Shown piece after piece: positions 26,898 to 39,850 of a stretch of 64,000 bases of DNA (position 1 is its first letter; each line of letters starts with the position of its first letter). Origin of the DNA: Octopus bimaculoides (Eukaryota); assembly GCF_001194135.2 (NCBI RefSeq), contig NC_069005.1:8965296-9029295 (forward strand), in the 5' to 3' direction. The notes beneath the pieces are model-generated. The model saw only the letters and a list, made by a program, of their open reading frames with translations. It searched no databases and was not told the DNA's origin. The position numbers and the translations under genes are program-made.

Positions 26898-27353
26898 CTC
26901 TTTTGTTGCCAACCCAGCTGAAACTGCCTCTGGCTCTGTAGTATAAATGTCTTGTTTTCAAAAGTTCTGAATTAAAATCTTCCATCTTAGTCACAATTTA
27001 TGTTCCTAACACTAGCTTAATGATAACTAATTTATTTTACTAAATTCTTTGTTATATTTAAAATTAATTGAAAGAAGCACAGAACATCTCTACAGAAATA
27101 TGGTAACGAGCTGGCAGAATCGTTAGCATGCTGGGTGAAATGCTTAGCGGTATTTCGTCTGCCGTTACGTTCTGAGTTCAAATTCCACCAAAGTCGACTT
27201 TGCCATTCATCCTTTCGGGGTCGATAAATTAAGTACCAGTTAGGCACTGGGGTCGATGTAATCGACTTAATCCCTTTGTCTGTCCTTGTTTGTCCCCTCT
27301 ATGTTTAGCCCCTTGTGGGTAATAAAGAAATAAGAAATATGGTAACGAAAGGG
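26898..27353. mobile_element. piggyBac-type MITE (family P1) interrupted by a SINE
   Basis: TTAA at 26894-26897 and 27354-27357. The body is the reverse complement of 1762-1983, with a SINE nested at 27110-27332. Confidence 0.72.
27110..27332 (+). mobile_element. SINE family N with 16-bp TSD
   Basis: agaaatatggtaacga is duplicated at 27094-27109 and 27333-27348. Confidence 0.88.
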
Positions 27354-27664
27354 TTAAAGAGATTTTTTTATGAGTACTACTGGATTACTTGAATTCGTAT
27401 ATGTGGCTTAAATTCACACACATATAGTTGGAAAAAGATCAGAGATCTATACAAATCAAATTTTTACATATAAAAAAGATGGAGGTGGAAATCGCACAGA
27501 ATTTAAAATTTTTATAAATTTTTTACTAATATTTGATAAGATTAAATACATTGAAACTGGTAATATTAATATTTTCATTTATATAATCTTTTATTAAATT
27601 CCTTCTTAAACTGAAATGTCTAAGGCTTTATTCTGTGCTATTTCCATCTCCATTTATATGTATA

Positions 27665-28125
27665 TATGGTGCAGAAGTGGCTGTATGGTATGAAGCTTGC
27701 TTCCCAACCACTTGGTTCTGGGTTCAGTCCCACTGCATGGCACCATGGGCAAGTGTCTTCTACTATAGCCTCAGGCCAATCAAAACCTTGTGAGTGGATT
27801 TGGTAGATGGAAACTGAAAGAAGCCCATCACACACATATATATATATATATACCTGAGTAAGCACATAAGTGTGAAGCAAGGTGGAAAAAAGAGTACTCA
27901 AATACCAGAGGTAGAGTAATATGCTNNNNNNNNNNATATATATATATATATACATGTACACACACGTTCATATGGGCTTCTTTCAGTTTCCTTCTACAAA
28001 ATCCACTCACAAAGCTTAGGTCTTGGCCCGAGGCTATAATTGAAGACACTTGCCCAAGGTGTCACAAAGTGGGACTGAACCCTGAACCATGTGGTTGGGA
28101 AGCAAACTTCTTACCACACAGCCAC
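27665..28125. mobile_element. Two family M heads in inverted orientation
   Basis: A + copy at about 27665-27830 and a - copy at about 27970-28125. Confidence 0.78.
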
Positions 28126-30325
28126 AAGTGCACTTTCTGGAATTATCCATCAAATCTCTCTTGGCTCACACATTACCATAATATATAATTACCTAAGGAT
28201 ACATTAAATAACGAGCTCCTTAATACACAAAATCAGTGATTGGAACATAGGTTTGGTTGATGAGGGTTGATTGAGGTCCTGTGACCATCTCATGCGCATG
28301 CAAAACATCAAGGGGTGGGGGATGTTTAGATAAAATGTCCACATTGTTTCTGGAATACTCTTGAGGAAATGGAGGTAACTGAATATGGTTAGTGATTTAG
28401 TGTAGTAGTACGAATTCTGTTAGGTATTTATTTAGTTAATTACTCATTATGAAACCATTAATGAGCTAGTGATAACAACATCGTCAAAGGATAAATTAGA
28501 ATGAGAAATAATTTTGAGGTGGTGACCAGCCAGCATGAGTATTTACGTGTTGGGTGGGTGTTTAGATGAAGGATTATGATGAAGCTAAAGGGAGAAGGAA
28601 GAGGAAGGAGATGAGGGGAATGAGGAGAAGGGTTTGAGGAAGAAAATGAAGGAAAAGAAGTGGGGGGTGGAGATGTGGGTTGGGGAGAGGAGAAGGATTC
28701 GAAGAGGAAAATGGAGGAAAAGAAGTGGAAGGAGATGATGTGGGGCTGGAGGGAAGAAAAGGATGGATGGAGAAGAAAATGAAGGGAAAGAAGTGGGGTG
28801 GTGGAGATGTGGGGTGGGGAGAGGAGAGGAGAAAGGTTTGAAAACGAAAGTGAAAGTAAAGAACTTGAAGGAGGATACAAATGGCGGTGAGAGGAGGAGG
28901 ATTCGAAGAAGATGATGAAGAAAANNNNNNNNNNNNNNNNNNNNNNNNNNNNNNNNNNNNNNNNNNNNNNNNNNNNNNNNNNNNNNNNNNNNNNNNNNNN
29001 NNNNNNNNNNNNNNNNNNNNNNNNNNNNNNNNNNNNNNNNNNNNNNNNNNNNNNNNNNNNNNNNNNNNNNNNNNNNNNNNNNNNNNNNNNNNNNNNNNNN
29101 NNNNNNNNNNNNNNNNNNNNNNNNNNNNNNNNNNNNNNNNNNNNNNNNNNNNNNNNNNNNNNNNNNNNNNGGAAGAGAAAAAAAGAGAAAGAGTGGAGAA
29201 AATAAATGATGATGATGATGGCGGAGATCATCTACTTTATCTTCAACATCTCCTTCAAATACTTTCTGGCATTAGAAATGATGAAATGGGGAAGAGGAGG
29301 AGGGTCGAAGGAGGTGAGGAGGAGGAGGAGGTGGAGCGGTAGAATATTGTTTTGTAGATGTAACAACTTAATTAAGAGGGTGGGATGCTTTTCAAGCCAT
29401 ACACTTCGCTGAGAGCAGCACAACAGCAAGAACAGCAACAAGAGATGTAGGAAGAAAGGAGAAAGAAGAGGTGGTGGAGAAGGAGAAGAAGAAGATGACA
29501 AAGAAGGAGACGACAAAGAGGAAGGAGTTGCCAAAGTGTTCTTCTCTTTCTCTGAAGGATGTCTGTAAGAATCTGAAGAACCCGGGCATTGAGGAAAACA
29601 AAAGGCACGAAATAACAGGCGTGATTGCAAGATGCATATGAATGAGTGTGTGTATTTATGCATTGATCTGTGTGTGAACATGTGTGTGTGTTTGAGCACG
29701 TGTGTGTGTGTATTAGCATGTGGTCGTGTGTGTGTGTGTGTGTGTGTGTGCGTATTGGCTTCATTTTCACCTTATCCTGTTTACTGGCTTAATCACAATG
29801 AAAGGTGCAAGATTACAGAAAATGGAATTTCTCTTATTGGAGATTAGATTATCTCTTCATTTCACACCTGTAGTAGTAGTAGTAGCATCATCAACATCAC
29901 TAGTGGTAGTAGTAATAGTAGTAGTAGTAGTAGCATCAACATCATATGGCTGTAGTGGTGACAGTGGTGATGGTGGCAGGCTGGTAAAATGATTGTAGTA
30001 TCAAGGGTGCTGGTGATAGTGCTGGTGGTGTCAATGGTGCTTGTTGTGATGGTGAAGGTGGTAGTAGTGGTGGTAGAAGGTGGTGGTATTGGTAGCAGTG
30101 GTTGTGGTGTTGAGACTAGTACTAGTGGCGTTAGCAATGGCAGTCGTAGTGGTAGTGGCACTAGTGTTAGTGTTGGTGGTTGCCACAGCAGTAGTGGTGG
30201 CGATGGTGGCAGCAGTAGTGGTGCTGGCGGTAGTGGTGGTAATAGTAGTGGTAATTGTGGTTATGGTGGTGGTAGTGGTGGTGTGTTAGTAACACGGAGG
30301 GTAGTAGTAGCAGTAGTAATAGCAA

Positions 30326-30357
<32 letters not shown>

Positions 30358-30752
30358 ATGGTGATATGAAGAGTGGGAGGTAGTAGTAGTGGGAGGAGAG
30401 GGTGTAGTAACCTGTCCTCAAGTGATAAAAGCTTTACTTTCCGTCTGGCTTTATCTAGCAAACCAGACATTTTTGGTGACATCAAAATATTGGTTTATAT
30501 ATAAATATATAAATATATATATATATATATATTGGATTTATTTATATATTAACAGAGGGTCTGTGTGTCTGTCTGTCTGTCTGTATGTCTGTCTGTCTGT
30601 CTGTCTGTCTCTCTCCTTCTCTTGCTGTTGCTATCACACAACCATGGGAAGAAGAGCAAAGATTGGGCGAGTCTTTGTTGGGACATTTTTAATCAGAGAT
30701 CTGATGGATCAAGTACGACCCGGGGTTAAACAGCAGCAGCAGCAGCGACAAC

Positions 30753-30784
<32 letters not shown>

Positions 30785-31117
30785 CACTACCACCACCATC
30801 ACCTCCACCACCAAGAACAAGCACCACACCACACCACTATCACCACCACCACCTCTTTCACCACCACCACCACCCCAACATCTACAACGATAAACAGCTA
30901 TCTCAATGTCAACAAATGTCATTAAATTGTTCTCGATCTGCTAGAAATAGCAACAAAATCCCACTGAAATTATACTCTCAACATCTGAAAAAAAGGAAGG
31001 AAACTTTAGGTAATGTGGTTCATAATGTGTGACTTGAGGAAGTGTGTGGATTTGCCATGGTTAGAGTGTCTTTCAAACATAGGTTTTTGTTCAATCTGTT
31101 TGAATTGGAGTGAAACT

Positions 31118-31158
<41 letters not shown>

Positions 31159-31181
31159 AAAAAAACATCATAGACGCAGGC

Positions 31182-31345
31182 ATGGCTGTGTGGTAAGAAG
31201 CTTGCTTACCAGCCACATGGTTCTGGGTTCAGTCTCACTGTGTGGCACCTTGGGCATGTGTCTTCTACCATAGCTTTGGGCTGACCAAAGCCTTGTGAGT
31301 GGATTTGAAAGAAGCCCATTGTATGTATGTATATATATATATATG

Positions 31346-31392
<47 letters not shown>

Positions 31393-31600
31393 TTGTGTCT
31401 GTGTTTGTCCCCCCACCACTGCTTGACAACTGATGTTGGTGTGTTTACGTCCCTGTAACTTAGTGGTTCGACAAAAGAGAGTGACAGAATAAGTACTAGG
31501 CTTCCAAAGAATAAGACCTGCGGTCGATTTGTTCGACTAAAGGTGGTGCTCCAGCATGGCCACAGTCAAATGATCGAAACGAATAAAAGAATAAAAGCAT
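31182..31600 (+). mobile_element. SINE family M, full length
   Basis: Same head, body and tail as 5175-5572, preceded by a poly-A run. Confidence 0.8.
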
Positions 31601-31618
31601 CATAAGAAACTGTCACAG

Positions 31619-31651
<33 letters not shown>

Positions 31652-31761
31652 ATGTCATCATCACAATAATAATCATCAGCATCATCAATACCACCAGCAT
31701 CATGATCATTGACATCATCATTGTTGTCATCGACATTATCACCATTAGGATTATTGTCATC

Positions 31762-31813
<52 letters not shown>

Positions 31814-32629
31814 CCACCATCATCATCATCATCATCATCATTATTGTCAGGAGCAGCAGCATCGACATAAGGAATATTGCATTGTAGTGCCTGAAACCAC
31901 TTATAAGAGGGGATGGTCATATATGGAATGCCTTTGATCATGTCTGCTTGATCAGGGTGGAGCTTAGGGTTAAACGCTACCACCATCATCTGCAACACTA
32001 ACCACAACTCCATCCTCACCATCACTAGCAACACCACTACCACCAATCATGGCCACCAACACCACCACTAACCACACCACCACGAGCACCACCACTAACA
32101 CCGCCACCAACAACACTATCATCCCAATCATCACTGTCGCCACCACCTTCACCAACACTACCACCACCATTGCCCTACCACCACCACCATCACCAACACT
32201 ATCCCCACCACCACCACCAACACTACCACCACCATCACCACCACCAGCACCTACACTATCACCACTATTGCCCCACCACCGCCATCACCAATACTATCAC
32301 CTCGCCACCAATACTATCCCCACCACTACCATCACCACAACTACCACCATCAACATTACTGCGAGCACTACCACCATAACACTACTGTCTACAGTAACAC
32401 CTTTATTGCCATTCACAACAGCAACAAATCTAATAGCACCGCCACCACCACCACCACCACCACCACCACCACCNNNNNNNNNNTTATGTGTTTTGATTGT
32501 ATGCGGTGGCGGTGGGGAGGTTGACCATTCCAGCAGACCAGTGAATTCTATCTGTTACATCATGTCTAGAAAAGAAAGCCGGTTGCGAAAATACATGGCA
32601 ATGTTTTGGGAATTTAGAGTTTAGATATT

Positions 32630-32660
<31 letters not shown>

Positions 32661-33654
32661 AGGGAGGAGAAGGCAGATGGAGTAGGAAAGAGAATTGAAG
32701 AAGGAGCAACAGGAAGAGGGGGTTGGTATGGGTGTGTGTGTGTGAGGGGGTGTAGCTTAGATGAAAGTGGGAGGAGAAGAAAAAGCGGAAGAGATGAGTA
32801 GGAGGGAGAAGATAAATGAAGGCGGAGCAAATAGAGGGAGGAGGAAATTACAGCTGTAGGAGGAGCAAACAGGAATAGGAGAAGGAGGAGAAGGAACTGA
32901 AGTGATTTGGAGAAGCAAATAGTTGGAGGAGGAGGAGGAGGAAGGAAAGAAAACAGATGAAGGCGGAGCAAACAAGATGAGAAGGAGGAAAATAAGACAG
33001 GTGGTGGAGCAAACCGGAGGAGGAGAAAGACAAGACAAAAGAAGGAGGAGCAATAGGAGGAGGAGGAGGCAGGGGGGAAAGGTAAAGAAAACATGAAGGA
33101 GGAGCAAACAACAAGTGGAGGCGGAGACAGAAAAAGTGAAGAAAAAATTACATCAAAAAGAAAACAACAAACAAATAGCAGGAAAATTTCAATTCATTTA
33201 TTTTACCAGCACGATAGACACACAAGTTTTATCATTAATAATTTTAATTCTAATATTAATGGTTTCTTACATGTGTATAGCGCCATACATTGAGGTTACA
33301 GGTGAGAGAACAGTCGATTACATCAATTCGAGTTCTTTGATCAGTTCTTTATACGGTAAAGATGAAAGGCAAAGCTGACCTCAGCAGGATTTGAACTCAG
33401 AGTGTAAAGCAGTGTAACTAAATATTACATGAGATTTCAGTCTGAATCTGCCACTCCCTGTGAAAGGATGTATGAACTGGTGATTAGGCTGTCAGCTTCA
33501 CAGTCACAAGATTGTGGTTTCAATTCTTGAACTGCGCAGTGCATTATGTTCTTGAGAAAAAACACTTCATTTGCATTGCCCCAGTCCACTCAGCTGCAAA
33601 TGGGTAACCCTGTTATGGACTGGTGTTCTACCCAGTAAAATGGATCCTTTCAGT

Positions 33655-34170
33655 CTTTTATTTCAGCCATTTGATTGACTGTGGCCATGCTGGAACATCA
33701 CCTTGAAGGGTTTCAAGTTGAACAAGTTAACACCAGGACTAATGTTTTAAGTCTAGTACTTACTCTGTCTCTTTTGCTAAACCACTAAGTTACGGGGACA
33801 TAAACACACCAACACCGGTTCCCCCCACACATACACACATGCTCTCACACACACATGCTCTCACACACACACACACAACAGGCTTCTTTCAGTTTCCATC
33901 TATCAAATCCACTCACAAGGCTTTGGTCAGTCCAAGGCTAAAGTAGAAGACACTTGCCCAAGGTGCCATGCAGTGGGACTGAACCCAAAACCAAGCTTCT
34001 TACCGTACAGTCACACTTGTGCCTACGTATATTTATATATATGATGAGCTTTTTCAGTTTCTGCCTACCAAATCCACTCACAAGGCTTCAGTTGGCATCC
34101 GACCATAAATAGAACCATGCAGTAGGATTGAACATGAAACCATGTGGTTAGGAAGCAAACTTACTACACA
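33655..34170 (-). mobile_element. SINE family M copies (one near full, one head)
   Basis: Family M in reverse. Other partial copies at about 3265-3480, 3690-3855, 4510-4668, 6365-6530, 8650-8825, 13715-13915, 19690-19845, 53660-54060 and 59480-59870 (all -), and 37895-38020 and 63075-63520 (+). Confidence 0.72.
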
Positions 34171-35183
34171 GCCATGTTTGTCGTGTACTACACGAAGAAT
34201 TTTGTAAAATAACTTTGTTGCTTGAAGGTTACCTGTCTAGGCAAGCAGTAACACTTCAAAAAAAAGATAACGAAATTAAAAAAAAAGAATTCATCTAATA
34301 CAAAGTAAAGAGGATTCTTCAGTCCTGTTTTTGAGAACCTCTCTCGTTTGCCAGTATCATAAAATGAATCCGAACCATATCATAGAATTATCAAGGACAA
34401 AGGAAGGCGTCCTGCTGTAAATAAACAATACTAAAGACACAGTGAAACTTGCCCAAGAGTCTTATAAAAAGATGATGTTGATGATGATGATGATGATTAT
34501 GACAGTGATGTATAAATTATTAAAATGCTAGTAATTCTGTGACAACGACCAGGTATCATAATTGCTTGCATGCGATGAGGCTGTTCAAACATAAAGAATC
34601 TTTTGGAGCTTGTCGGCAGTGCTTTCAATTTTATTGCATTCTTCCGACATAACAGTATAACATTTGAAGCATCAAGAATTATTAACAATAGTCTTTGGAG
34701 GCTCAAAACCAATTCATTCGCCTTGCTCTACTAATAACATAGTCTTGTAAAAGACTCAAACATCAAACAATTTCATTTTCCTTTTCTTATACGTTTCAAG
34801 AAAGTGAAGAATAATCGGGATCAGTGCCACAGCATCACTTGCAAGGTTGTTAGTTATATCTAATAAAGGTTCAATTATTATCCATTTGAATGGTATTGAT
34901 TTCTCTGATTGATATTGCAGTGTAGAATGGGCCAAAGAAGGTGCTGGAGTGGTCACTTGACTTTGTGTTAAAAACTTCACCAAATGTCTTCCTCAACTAG
35001 TGGCATGCTGTCTGAGATATAAGGGTACATTTGGATAACATAGTCCAGAATATAGTGGACTATGTCTAAAAACAAAAGAAATCATTACAAAAATAGAAAA
35101 ACAACACAAAAAATTGGGATTGACATGAACTGAATGTCTCTGATTATGATAAGAGCAAGGATTCGCATTATTTATGGGATGAC

Positions 35184-35215
<32 letters not shown>

Positions 35216-35219
<4 letters not shown>

Positions 35220-35746
35220 GGTTTGTCCAAAAAGTTCTGAGCCTTTTTTATATATTAAGTTGTCTGAAAAGCTCTGAGCCTTTTTTTAATATGCAAAAAG
35301 GGATATACTTCATGAACCATGCTTTTAGAAAGTTCCAATTCCTCTGCAAGTTCTCTGGATGTGATATTTGAGTTTTCTTTGATTTTTGCCTCCAAAACAT
35401 CTTCATCCAGTTTTGAAGGAGTTCCACTGCCAATATTATCTTCCAAGCTAAACNNNNNNNNNNNNNNNNNNNNNNNNNNNNNNNNNNNNNNNNNNNNNNN
35501 NNNNNNNNNNNNNNNNNNNNNNNNNNNNNNNNNNNNNNNNTATCTTCACAAATGTTTTTGAAAGACTTTGCAGTGTTTTCTCCATTTTTTTAAAAAGGAA
35601 AGCATTACAACATGAATACGAAACTTTTGGATATGCATCACTTCAAGTGATACCAAAGTTTTAACTGTATTACATTGCAGGTGTGTTCAATGAAGCATTA
35701 AAAGATTTAGTTTAAAAACATTCAGAACTTTCTGGACAGCCTAGTA
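35216..35746 (-). mobile_element. Internally deleted mariner element
   Basis: Minus-strand ORF SLEDNIGSGTPSKLDEDVLEAKIKENSNITSRELAEELELSKSMVHEV resembles the mariner HTH region. TIR-like ends taggtttgtccaaaaagttctga and ttcagaactttctggacagccta; contains a gap. Confidence 0.8.
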
Positions 35747-36710
35747 CGTATCATCATCGTTCGTTTAATGTCTGCTTTCCATGCTGGCATGGGTTGGATG
35801 ATTTGACTGAGGACTGGCGAACCAGATGGCTGCACCACGCTCCAATCTGATCTGGCAGAGTTTCTACAGTTGGATGCCCTTCCTAACGCCAACCACCCTG
35901 AGAGTGTATGCCAACAAAGACATACTTTGTCTTCTGAGTTACTTGGTGACCTCACTTGTGCAAGAGTCCCGAGAAAAGCACTCAATACACTTTGTAAAGT
36001 GCTTGGTGTGTTTGTATTGGGAAGGGCGTCCAGTCATTGGGACTGTGCCAAAATAAATATTAGAGCTTGATATGGTCCTCCAGCTTGTTGGATCCTGTCG
36101 ACCCACTTAACCCATACTAGCATGGTAGATAGACGTTAAATGGCAACGATGATGATGATGTTGATGATGACGGACAATGGACAATGTTAAATCTAGATAC
36201 ACGCTGTTTGAATGCAAGACCGTCTGACAGGTATACCTGTAACATCTGATCCAGAACTGAACTGCCTCCTCTGTTAGCCAAGACAGACCAGGGGCTACTA
36301 AACAACAACTACTACTGCTATTGCTACTACTACTTGCCGTCGCTGCTGCTGCTGCCACCACCACCACTACTACTACTACTACTACCATGACCACCGCTGC
36401 TACTACTATGAATCTTCCGCTATGTGTAAGTGTATAAAGTGCATAGAGGACAAAGAAGGAACAAAAGGGGGGAAAAAGAGAATAATGCCGTAACACTGCA
36501 TTTTTCTACTCTCTCTACCAAAGTATCTTAACTTCCATTTTGATTTTCTTCCTCAGAAAATGTCAATGGCCGACCATGTCATTAAATTCTGTAAGAGTTA
36601 CCACAACTGTTGGTATCACTCTCTTTATCTCACGCAAAAGTAACAACAACAACAACAACAAAACAATGACATTAATAATGATGATAATAATAATAATAAT
36701 AATAATAGTA

Positions 36711-36754
<44 letters not shown>

Positions 36755-36774
36755 AATAATGAGAGCAGCGGTGG

Positions 36775-36805
<31 letters not shown>

Positions 36806-36943
36806 GGTGGTGTCGGTAATCGTGAATGATAATAATGGTAATAATGGTGGAAATGATTCTATAAAGATTTGTAGATTCTCGTCTCAGTTTCTTAGTGGAA
36901 TCCTTATTCAAGCTTTAATTAGATTTAGTGTGTATATATATAC

Positions 36944-36988
<45 letters not shown>

Positions 36989-36992
36989 TATA

Positions 36993-37008
36993 AGATCGGA
37001 AGAGCGTC
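36993..37008 (+). other. Illumina TruSeq adapter remnant (assembly contaminant)
   Basis: AGATCGGAAGAGCGTC immediately before an N gap. Confidence 0.95.
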
Positions 37009-37341
37009 NNNNNNNNNNNNNNNNNNNNNNNNNNNNNNNNNNNNNNNNNNNNNNNNNNNNNNNNNNNNNNNNNNNNNNNNNNNNNNNNNNNNNNNNNNNN
37101 NNNNNNNNNNNNNNNNNNNNNNNNNNNNNNNNNNNNNNNNNNNNNNNNNNNNNNNNNNNNNNNNNNNNNNNNNNNNNNNNNNNNNNNNNNNNNNNNNNNN
37201 NNNNNNNNNNNNNNNNNNNNNNNNNNNNNNNNNNNNNNNNNNNNNNNNNNNNNNNNNNNNNNNNNNNNNNNNNNNNNNNNNNNNNNNNNNNNNNNNNNNN
37301 NNNNNNNNNNNNNNNNNNNNNNNNNNNNNNNNNNNNNNNNN

Positions 37342-37374
<33 letters not shown>

Positions 37375-37545
37375 AACAGAGAGACACATATACAATGTCA
37401 CACACACATACACATGTATGTGTGTGAGTCTTTGATTTGATCGGCAGATCAAACATCAATAAACTACAATTGTTCAGAACACGTTGCAGTCTGTTATATT
37501 ATTACCGTTGTTGTTATTAAGAAAAGATTATTATTATTATCATCG

Positions 37546-37593
<48 letters not shown>

Positions 37594-38086
37594 GTAGTAC
37601 CCAATAAGTGTCGCAGTCTTGAGAGTTGTCTAATATTGTCTAATATGCGAAACTTCAAACTGGCGTCAAAATATTGGTCAAAAAGAAGAGGACAAATACG
37701 CATAAATGTGATTTTCTGTGAAGCAGGGTTGAGAGGACAGAAGTGGTAGAGATTGAAACTGCGAGCGTGAGGAGCTGTTCCAAGTTCAAATAGCACAATG
37801 CCTCACTTTTCCTTTCTTTCCTCTCTGGGCTTTTGATTTAGTAATTACCTCTGATCTTTATTGTTCTACTCATGGCCACCCCGTCTTAATAAGATATGGC
37901 TGTGTGGTTACGAAATCTGCTTTGCTACTAAGTGGCTTTGGATTCAGTTCTGCTGCATGCATGGCACCTTGGGCAAGTATCTTCTTCCATAGCTCAGTCA
38001 GATCAATGCCAGTTTATGACTGGTATTTACTGTACTGAGTGTAGAGCAAATGGATGTCTTCATTGCCTAAGTCAACCTAAGAGAGA

Positions 38087-38305
38087 TTTAACTCTTTGGC
38101 ATTTAAACTGGCCATGTCCAGCCCAAATATTCTTCTTGTTTTATGTTCAAACTGGACAAATCTGGCTTCTCACACATACCCAGCAATGTCATTCTAAAAA
38201 TAGACAGTCACATCATTGAAGTCTGGAATCCACAAGATAGCACATGGGTAATGTGAATATATGATCATTATATTTGGCAGAATAATCTGAGTTCTAAGGA
38301 GTTAA
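38087..38305. mobile_element. TTAA-flanked MITE (family P2)
   Basis: ttaactctttggcatttaaactggccatg ... ctaaggagttaa; homologous in reverse orientation to 43160-43602. Confidence 0.6.
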
Positions 38306-38508
38306 ACACACAACATAGCACATAGCAATGCACAATTAAATGCCTCATCACAGATGATTAAAATACTACGACCATTTGTGGCCTCAAAACCATGATGTCA
38401 TCTCCCTCAATGTTGTGTACCCCTACAATAATAGTCTCAGTCTTGTTGAAACAGCGGGTTTCAACAAGACTGAAACTGTTATAGTAGGGGTACAAAAATG
38501 TGAAACCA

Positions 38509-38561
<53 letters not shown>

Positions 38562-38567
<6 letters not shown>

Positions 38568-38933
38568 TCTACCTTAGTGAAGGCTGGAGTATTGTTTTCA
38601 GTCACGTTTGTTTCTTTGCTTGTCCATGGGCAAGATATCTCAAGAACTGTGGGATAAATTTGGATGAAACTTTCAGGGATGCTTGGCCTCGTGACTGGCA
38701 TGAACTAATTAGATTTTGGGATTGATCCGGTACTGGATAAGGATTCTAGATTATTTTTCCAATTCTTTTACTTAATTTTTGAGAGCAATCAGGTTCATTC
38801 TTAGTATTCTTGTTTGTGAGAGCAATCGAGTTTATTTCAGATATTCTCATTTCAAAAAATCATCTCTGGCTAATCGTTGAGAGAACATTGGTGTTGCCTT
38901 GGTGAAGGTTTGTGCTGTCTGAGTGCTCTTGTT
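38562..38933 (+). mobile_element. Probable non-autonomous Helentron-associated element (HINE/DINE-1-like)
   Basis: Starts attacctctaccttagtgaagg, contains gatatctcaagaac...gatgaaactttcag...gattttgggattgatccgg, and ends ccttggtgaaggtttgtgctgtctgagtgctcttgtt. This resembles the HINE subterminal inverted repeat (acctccgccaagg/ccttggcggaggt); embedded in (ATT)n. Confidence 0.55.
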
Positions 38934-38944
38934 ATTATTATCAT

Positions 38945-39438
38945 TATTATTAAGAAAGCATGTCTGATGAGGGTACACCAGGTACATGCATCACAACTAT
39001 ATGTGCATGACATGGTGATCTCATATCAAGATAAACAGCGTATGACCTCGCAGGTGGAGCCCAGTTAGAATTTTCTTCTGGTGGAGTAGCCAATCTAGCT
39101 CAAAAGGTCCCTCAATAAGGTTCATTAAAGGATGTTGAGCAAAACACACATATTTCCAAAGGTGAATTATTCAAACTCCAAAGAATTCCTCTCAACACAT
39201 GGCTGTGATGTTCCCCCACTACTTCTGCCCATGATCAGAGATGCACATATCATCAACCACCAAGGGACAGGCTCAACTGGTTACGGTCAAACAACTGACA
39301 AAGCAAATCTGTGGTATTAAGCAGAATATTTGCTGTAGCCCATCTTTTATACCAAGACTAAACAATGTACATGATAACACTTCCAATCAATTAAGATCAG
39401 AAGCCATAAGAGCCACTGCCTGGTACTGCATCCGGGCA

Positions 39439-39440
<2 letters not shown>
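38945..39440. repeat. Unclassified interspersed repeat bounded by (ATT)n tracts
   Basis: About 500 bp of complex sequence between ATT microsatellites; resembles a repeat I recall from octopus, class not determined. Confidence 0.35.
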
Positions 39441-39487
<47 letters not shown>

Positions 39488-39794
39488 GTTATTATTATTG
39501 TTATTGTTATTATTATTATCAACATTTTTATTGCTGCTTTAATTTATTGTTATACCAATAGGTTCATACATAAAATATAGTTAAAAGCAGTAAAAGAAAA
39601 TTTGTTGGCAAATGCATGCACATGTGTGAGTGTGAGTGTATACATATATATATATACACATACACTCACAAGTATACACACACACAAACACACAAATGTA
39701 TCAAAATAACAATTTTAAAATTAAATATCAAAATAGTGTTAATTTTAGCCTGCAGTCATAATATAAAGCTACCAAAGCAGTTACATTAATAACA

Positions 39795-39850
<56 letters not shown>

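Noticed and set aside
29370-29640. About 85-codon charged open frame (…RKEKEEVVEKEKKKMTKKETTKRKE…)
   Set aside because: Purine-rich low complexity, no convincing splice sites in the required phase, and no recognisable homology.
28570-33130. Purine-rich imperfect tandem units at about 28570-28920 and 32690-33130 (GGAGCAAA-type) as coding repeats
   Set aside because: Degenerate minisatellites with stops in the frames examined and no splice context.
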